A DNA stretch of 64,000 nt from Lingula anatina. Its lineage: Eukaryota > Animalia > Brachiopoda. This document shows, piece after piece, positions 55,584-64,000 of this stretch; positions within the stretch are counted from its first letter, which is position 1; the number at the start of each line of letters is the position of its first letter. The notes beneath the pieces were generated by a model. That model had not been told where the DNA came from. It saw only the letters and a program-made list of their open reading frames with translations, and did not search any database. The stretch spans positions 60,738,788-60,802,787 of the forward strand of contig CM120640.1 in the NCBI GenBank assembly GCA_051362555.1, written 5' to 3'. The position numbers and the translations under genes are program-made.

Positions 55584-57265
55584 AGTAATATCCATATGTA
55601 ATAAGTAACAGAAATAAACTTTTTTTACGTTTTTTATTTCTCCCAGCTATGCTGTATAATAACACAAGTACATGTAATAATAAAAGTACATTACAACCTT
55701 CTCTAGTCAGACCCATATGGCCTTGACAGTCAACAGTTCCTACACAGCACCAATCAGAGCAATCTTTTCCTCACCTTAAAGCAGATATTTTGAGTTGTGT
55801 TTTCAAAAAGTATTGTTCCTATTTAATACTAGCACCCTGAATATAGCATATATGCCCCAAGTTAAAATCAGTACTTGTAACAAATTATATCAGTATTGAA
55901 CTTCTTACTGAGGAAAAGTGATACCTAAATTCCAATTGTTCTGGTTTGAGGTGTAGGCAAAGACCAATTATGCAGGATTGCTCTGAGCAAGGTGGCTGAC
56001 CTGAATTGAAAGATCTTCAAAGACTTTCTTAATCTCCTCCTGGAAGCTAGTTGAACACATTGTGAGTGATTTTAGAGATTATTTTTTATAACTGACCATG
56101 TAACCCCCAGGGAAGCTTTCCTGCTTTCATAGTCCTCCATTTTCTCATAATACTTCTTTTTATTTTGCTGTTAATGCTGAATTAACATTTGTTGCATTAT
56201 CTTGCATAAGTGGTCGTTTTACTGTAGATTTTTCACTCTGGACAATCACATCAGCATTCTATAACACTCAGTTCTTTAAACATAAGCTTATTCATTACAA
56301 TTATGAATTGATCTATATTCAATTGCAGTACTTGTCATTGTAATAAAGACCAGTTAATAACAAGTTTTACATCTTGTATGTACACTTAACAACACTTATC
56401 CCACAGAAGATGAAGTGCTTCAGCTGTTCTAACTACAGATTGTCACCTTGATAGTAATATAAACTGCAGTATACTGATACATTTAAGGCTATTTAGAAAA
56501 CATGCAAACATTTAAAGCCTGTAACATCGGACTTAAAAAATATTTTTTTTATATTTTATGAAGTTAATACTCATATATATCATCCTTACGCATGATTATA
56601 GCGTCTTTTATAAAATGCATTTCTGACATGTATCACACAACATGAACATATAATAGTGCAATATAGTACCAACCAGAACATTTGGTACAAATGAAAACGT
56701 TTTTTCTTTTAAATTATAGTTAGTGAGAACCTTTTATTTTCTTTGACATCATCCTTATTAACACAAGCGATTTTGTTAAGAGTCAAGCACATGAACAACT
56801 GCAATGCTATGTTTGCACATATTGGAATTTTATCTTTTATAGCATCACAAACATGTTGGTATGACACATGGAACTTGACAGATTGTACAGCGACCATATC
56901 ACTTGGCTGCCTTTAGGGCATCACATAAGTATTAATACTTGATCCTAATACAGTTTTCTCAGAAATGAGCACTAATGTACACTGTTAAACCTATATTGGG
57001 AACAACTGTAAAAATCTTGAAGATTCAAATTACTTGTAGATTTGATATTCAAACATGATTATCTTGGTTTTAATTTCTGATCTCGAGTTGAAAATAAAAC
57101 CCTTCTGAGCAGTAAATCCTTGATGGCAGTTTTTAGAATTCACCATGAAACTATGTATAATTTCTTACATGGGTTGGTAATGATGTTTTTTTTCAACAGC
57201 CCATCTTTATTAAATTAACTTAATAACAAATGCAATTAGTGTGCCAATAAAAAACTTCAACACTG

Positions 57266-60200
57266 CTATTGAACCATCAGTTTAATTTTAATAACTACTG
57301 GCTCTAATTTGACATTTTCTATTACTTCATGTTCACCTCTAATTGGTGTGCCCGTTATTTCTAAATTGTACTCTGCAAGCTCTTTGACTTTATGTGTGAA
57401 ATGTAATGAGCTGATTCCCTTCTTTTCGTGCATTGAAAAGATGCCATTTTCATTCCCCTTTGTAATTTTATATAGTATATTGTCTTCAAGAACTTGCAAA
57501 GCTGGCAACACTTTGATCACATTTACTTTGGGTCTGGCTTGTTTCTTTGTCAGATGAATGATTAGAGTGTCATTGGGGTTGAGCATCTTGAGATCTGAGC
57601 TAATGGTCTCTCTGTCTATATGGTCCTCACTGGTCTGAAATGAAAAAAGACGTGTGGCATTATGACATTTCTGTACTTATAAATTGTAAATTGGTTTTCT
57701 ACTGAAATATCAAAATGTATTAGGGAAACACTTGATCATAATTTGTCTATAGTCAGGTATGTGAGGCAGCTTATCTAATATCTTTTCTATTACTCTAAGC
57801 TGGGTTTCCAGTGGATTTGAAATTTGGGGGTGGGGGGGTCGTTTTGAAAAAAAAAAATGAAAAAGAACGGGGTTAATTCAAAGTCAATATACTGGAGATT
57901 AGAGCTCATTTTTTATGAGGGAGGCCAAGGATACCCATAACGTGCACACTTAATGACATCTTAGGATCCATAATGTATTCATACTAATATTGTTGCCCTT
58001 ACTACACAGATCTGGTGCTTGAAAATCAAAGACTTTGGCTGTACTGGTATTTACCTTCATCCCAACAGCCTTTAGGAAGCTGTCCACTGAGCGTTTGTTC
58101 CTGAGGTGTCTTGCCCTGGCTGGCCGGCCTCTGTACAGTGGAACGCCACCTGGTGGCTCATCTGGTAATGTATCACATTCATAACAGCCCTCTCCAGCTG
58201 GCAGTGTATGGTCACGGGAACTTGGGACATGGGGTAGGTTCACTCCCTGGGGATATTTGTTTGCAAGCTGCTCGTACTCAGAGGGTCCCCCTGCAGACAC
58301 ACAGTGGCTAGAAAAAAATCATTTACTCATTTTAGTTTGTTATCTTGCATTCATTTGAAAAAATAAATAAAGATTAAAATATTTACATCTAATAAGCCAC
58401 ATACAATAAGACCAAAATGAGTTCAAAAATAATTAAAGCACAGACCTCTAAAAGTTTGATAAAAGCAAAGGGAATAAAATAAAAGATATACAATAAAGAA
58501 CAAGATGAGTTCCAAAATAAAACACAGACTATTAAAAGTTTGATAAGGAAAAAGGGATAAAGTCATTTTACAAACATTTGGTTCTGAATCATGGTACACT
58601 AAAATTTGACTGGCTATGCCTTAGTTTTCTGTGTGGTTTGCTGGTTAATCTGTAATTCAGCTTGTCTCTGTCGTTTATTATTATTGCAAAGAATGTTTTG
58701 TTGCTCGTTTCAAAAAACAAGCTTTGCTTTGTATGGAAACTCATGAAATATAATTTTAAGTGCCCTCAACTGGATAGATTCTATTATTTTGCATTCTTCC
58801 CAGGTTAATCCCGGGTGCCTTTGAGGTATTGAGTCTTATATTGTTCTTTTAGTCCAGTCAATCACTTCAATGATAACATTGGAAATCCATGTTATCAGTG
58901 CATTATTCAAATGAAAGGAACTTATAAACATGGGGTAATGTACTCATAGTGTGTTACTCACATGCCTCATACTCATTAAGTCAGTTTTTTGTTAATATCT
59001 TAAAAAATGAAAAAAAAATTAGGTAACAATGTTTGCAGTAATGTGGTGTCGCATGTATTTATGCAGTACTTACCCCTGTCCAACTAGCTGATATCCTGAG
59101 GGGCATCCACATGTTGGTCCTACGCTTAATTGAATGCAAGAGAATAAACAAGGGGTTCCACATCCATATCCCGGGCGGATTCCACTAGGACCAATACCAC
59201 CAGGACCAATACCATCTGGACCAGTTCCATCTGGACCAAAGCCTATGTTATAAAATATTTAATAAAGATTTTGGTGAAACTTGGGATTCTTTTATATATA
59301 ATGTGACGTAAGAATATCCTGCAGATATAATACAAACAACATTGGTCATCATGTGCATTTACCTATTTGGAAAAGATGGAATAAATTCAAAGTTTTAATA
59401 AGAGTTCAACCTTTAAATTCATGAGTATGGTTTATGTGACATCTTGTTAGATTGGTTTGGTGTTATCAAGTGTGCTGGGTATACAAAGATTACTATCCAA
59501 TAAATGGGTTCATTTACCTTGCAGGCATGTTCTGCTCTGAGGTTCATATCTCATGCCTTGTGGACAAGTGCACTGGTAACTGCCCATGGTATTCAGACAT
59601 TCAGCAACACTGCCACATATATTACGCTGCTTGCACTCATCTTCATCTACAACAAAGCATCAAAGATGTTGAATTTATCAATTTTTAAAACTTTGTGAGA
59701 AGTAAAACATGTTTCAAGACCAATTTTAAGTCCTAGAAAAGGCCAATAACTCATATAACAAAGTTTTATTAAATTTTAAAACCCTGAACAAGACTTGTCA
59801 GTGACTGCCAAACGTTTTAGGAAACAAATCTCATTTTTTTTTTTACTAAAAACTGAGACCTTTTAAAAAATACAATTCCAATTAAAATACCAATCAAAAT
59901 AAACAGTCCACATGCAATAAATGGAAGATTTGGTCAAAAACATCTCTAAAACTGCAAGACTTATGCAGAATATTTTACCTACCCATGCATATGTTTCCAT
60001 CTGGGCTGAGAGTGTAGCCCCGGTCACAGAAGCACTTGTAGCTGCCTGGGGTGTTCTGGCACCGCCCAAGGGAACAAAGGGTTGGGTTTTCACGGCATTC
60101 ATCAATGTCTGAAAAAGTGTTATTCTGTTCAAAAATATGTATTACACTACTAGTGGCAATCTCAAACAAACATATGATTATTAGGTATAAATACGTTCAT

Positions 60201-63200
60201 TAAAATATGACTACGGTCTGAATGTCAAACCAATGGAATATCTTTTTCAATCATCACACTTCTTTCCTTTTGAAATGTTTTATTCAGTGCTGACTTACCA
60301 AGACAGTTCAGCCCAATCTGCCTGTACCCTGGCCCACATGTACACTGGAAGCTGCCTGGGGTGTTGACACACTGGCTTGATATGGGACAGTTGTGACGCA
60401 GGGTGGCACACTCATCCAAATCTACAACAACAAAAAATAACAATAAATATAACAATACAAACACTTTGAAAAGATACACGACCAATTTATTAATGTATTG
60501 TATTTCTTGCTTGACTGATACAAGCACATTTTGTTACTATAAAATGAACGGAAATGGTATATTAATACATACAGATGCAAAATTTAATTGTTGAAGCAAA
60601 TTTAACAGCATGTTACAATTAAGTTTAAAACAGATGGGAACTGTGAAAATAATTCATAAACTGAGCTTTTATCATCATATTAAGGCATTTAAATGTTATA
60701 TAAAATTACAACAGAAAGCCCCTTGGTAGTTCATACCTCTGCAAGTCCTGCCATCTGGGTTGAGGATAAATCCTCTGGGACAGGAACATTTGTAGCTACC
60801 TATCAGGTTCTGGCAGTTGTGTTCACAGGGGGGATTGTCTAATGTACACTCATTCAAATCTAAATAAGAAAAAAAAAACATCTCTGTAAATCACTTGCAT
60901 TGATTGAATACATTGTATAATATTTTGGTGGCTATCTGAGCATTGTCTTGAAGTGAAATACAGCTCTTAATGTTCTTTAAAAAGTTACAAAAATTTAGGA
61001 GGCATAAACATTTTTCTTCATAATCAATGATCTCATGTAATATTGCATAAAGTCAATCAATAATGTTTGTAATAATCAATAACGTTTGATTACAATGTAA
61101 ACATGAAATCAAAAGTGGAATTTATATATTTTCTTTTGCCTTTCATTCCAATAAAACCTTGCAAAAAAAAAAACTGATTCTGATCACAATTTCTCCATAA
61201 ATAAGGCATTTAATCTCTGTTATCATAAAGAAGTTAAGTATTATTTTTACCTTCACAGGCATTTCCACTGTCTGAAACCTTCCATCCTTTGTCACATACA
61301 CATCTATATGAGCCCAGAGTGTTAAGACAGCGACCATGTCTACAGGCTTGAGGCATGGACAAGCATTCATCAATATCTAAAATATAAGTCCAAAAGTTAC
61401 CACTCAACAACAATAATGAACCCAATTTATATAGGCCTTCTTCCTTTGTACTCAATGTTATCCATGTTCACAAAATCTTCTTCCATGTTCACAACAAAAT
61501 GGTGTAACATAACATAACATAGTTCTGTAATATTAAAAATTTTAATATACCCAATTAGAAGTTTCAACTAGTTTACTAAAACTATTGTAGAGTGAATGCA
61601 AATGGAGTATCAGAAGTAATATCTAAGAAGTGTACCCTACCCTTGCCATCTGGAGTGTATCCAGGGCCAAATGGGCACATTTGTTTGAAAGCAGCTGAAA
61701 GTATTAGACAAGAACCAATAAACACACACGAATATGTTTTCACATAATCTGAAAATCTTTTACAAACTACCTTCAAAAATGATGACTGTAAAGAGTAAAC
61801 ATATTGGGGTTGCCTTATAATTATTAATACTATAACACCTTTTATTTTAGGAATGAGAACAGAGAAAGCTTTTGTACAAGGAAACTTGTATCCTTCAAAC
61901 CTCCTCCACTTATTTCTTAACATTCTACAATCTCAAGCAACTTTCTTAACTTTGTTTTCTACATTAAAAGCAGGAAATCCTACATTTTCAGTAATTTGTA
62001 TCTAGTTTTATGTACTTACCTGTCCCAGCTTGAGGACATCTCTGGCATTCTCTTCCCCAAGCAGCACCTCTAGCACAGCAACAGCGGTACATGGTCACTT
62101 TTCCCAGCTCTGACCGCTGACCAGTACAACGTCCATTTATGATCTGAGTGTAACAGAAGTCCTCACGTGTGTCTGTAAAACAAAAATTATGTGTGATCAG
62201 TATAACCTGAGCAGTCTGAAGATATTATAGTAATTGGCTTTATTAATTTACTAACCCAATGTGATCCACACAACTAATTCTAATTTATTTCAATTTTATT
62301 CATTTTATTTTAATCAAATTGATCTGAAAATTAAATGACTCAGTATGAACCTCATAACAAGGTGATCTAAAATGTCAATTTTTTTACTATTATGAAAATG
62401 GCCACAATTGGGTTTATTTAAAACAAGTGATCTTAAATTTTAACTTCTTGATTATTATGAAAATGGGACAAGAAACTGGTCTCATCAGTCCACCATCTGC
62501 TTTGTTATTTACCCATACAAACCTATTCAAAGTGAAATATTTCTTGCATTACAACATAATTATTTCAACCAGTCTACAAAATATTTTGAAAAAAATGTTA
62601 TTACTATGAATTGAAACATGCAAAAAGAATGAATTTTCAATAAAAATGCCAAGGGCATAGGCATAACTCGATAACGGATAATCAGAATATCAACCCTTAC
62701 CAATACATGTCTTTCCGTCTGTGCTGAGTTTGAATCCTTGGAAGCAATCACAGCGGTAGCTACCAGGTGTATTATAACATCTTCCCTGTCCACATACTCC
62801 TATCTGCTCTCTACATTCATCAACATCTGACCAACAAATATAGGAGTTGGGGTAAAATGATATTTGTAGTAAAATAATAAATATATAGCTGAATCTGTTA
62901 GTTAAATTTGCAAATCCAATCTGCAACACGAGCAAACAAATAAAGTCTTAAATCACCTACACTTCAAAGTATATGAGGGTGAAGATTAAACTGTGATCTG
63001 TAACACACCATTTGTATATTAACAAATCTATGTAAATTATCCATTTCTTTTTATTATACAATTAATTTCTTTTAATTTTTTCTCACCCCTGCATTCATCA
63101 GTTATGCCCACTTGTCTATAGCCTTCAGGGCAGATACACATAAATGATCCCACAAGATTCTTGCAGGCAAACTTGCAGTCATTGGCTGGGGTCTGGCATT

Positions 63201-63774
63201 CATCCACATCTGAAATAAGATGTTACCAAAATTTCACTTGTGTAACTGTTCATTTTTCAAAGTGATCTTTTGTGTGGAAAACTGATTTGACAGAATAACA
63301 GTTATTTGCTATATGAGCTAGCTATACTTATATGATCAATTAATTTCAAACAAATATGCATTTTCAATGTGTTTTACCTTCACAGTGTCTGCCATCTTCC
63401 GCGAGCTGATATCCCTTAGGGCAGATACATCTAAAAGAGCCTGGAATGTTCTGGCAACGGAATGCACAGAAGTCGTCTTTAAGCTTGCATTCATTGATGT
63501 CTGTAAACATAAATGAAACCAAATAAAACTAACTGAAAAATATGAGCATTAAAAATGTAATTATATTTTTTCTAACATCATAACTGCCAATTTTTGTTCA
63601 TTCTTAATTTGTGAAAACAGTACCATTTAACACCACTGAATTCCAACTTACCAACACATATTCCTCTAGGTCCAGGTTCATAGCCTGGTCTGCAGGTACA
63701 CTCAAACCCTCCAACCAAGTTGGTACAGCTGCCCTCCCCACATATCCCTGGCACCTCAATGCAGTCATCAACAT
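57266..63774 (-). CDS. FBN: Fibrillin (FBN1/2/3 co-ortholog), last 14 exons; the gene continues beyond the window
   Basis: Phase-1 cbEGF exons 63774-63652, 63500-63378, 63209-63087, 62826-62701; TB/8-Cys domain 62172-62020 plus 61694-61641 ([18 protein letters not shown]); cbEGF exons 61376-61251, 60859-60737, 60421-60299, 60108-59983, 59646-59518; EGF exon 59242-59074 (GQG|HCVS); 58307-58055 (CYEC, furin site RNKR/S); terminal exon 57634-57266. Confidence 0.93.
58417..58562. repeat. Diverged short tandem duplication in a fibrillin intron
   Basis: atgagttc(a/c)aaaataa...cacagac...taaaagtttgataa...aaaggga occurs twice, about 88 bp apart. Confidence 0.7.
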
Positions 63775-64000
63775 CTGAAATAGAAGACAGGTTAATGGTT
63801 GTTAAGAGGGTATTCAGGGATGGAAACTAAAAAAGAAAGAGAAAACTCACCCTTCTCTGAATTCCACCTACGTAAAAAATGGCACACATGAAAGGAGTCA
63901 AAGTTTCTAAACCCAGGTTTAACAAATGCACATATTGCTGATATTTCCTTTGTCAAGAATAGCTGACCATCCTGAAACTGGAACATGTGCCAAGCAGAAG

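Overview
AT-rich, intron-rich animal genomic DNA, most likely a bivalve mollusc (oyster-like; inferred from repeat style and protein similarity, not proven). Nine spliced genes were reconstructed by hand with consistent intron phases: WDR93 (+), RBM8A/Y14 (-), a ZNF710/ZNF366-type C2H2 factor (+), PSMC3/Rpt5 (-), MRPS16 (+), an R9AP/R7BP-family RGS anchor (+), CIB2/3 (-), LRRC61 (+) and the 3' part of a fibrillin (-). Orientation mostly alternates, giving three head-to-head promoters and four convergent 3' ends. Introns carry MITEs (including a nested Harbinger-type pair), a three-copy foldback family, Helentron-like elements and microsatellites. The most notable points are: an intron-containing RGS anchor that combines R9AP and R7BP membrane-targeting features and has an upstream RFX X-box; apparent ancient linkage matching the human 15q/1q21/5q/19p paralogon, which predicts PEX11 just upstream of the window; a fibrillin C-terminus with a GPxGx repeat insert, a missing cbEGF and an asprosin-like tail; and two GC-AG introns. 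No prokaryotic-type system or CRISPR array is present. Gene identities rest on recalled human protein sequences, not database searches.
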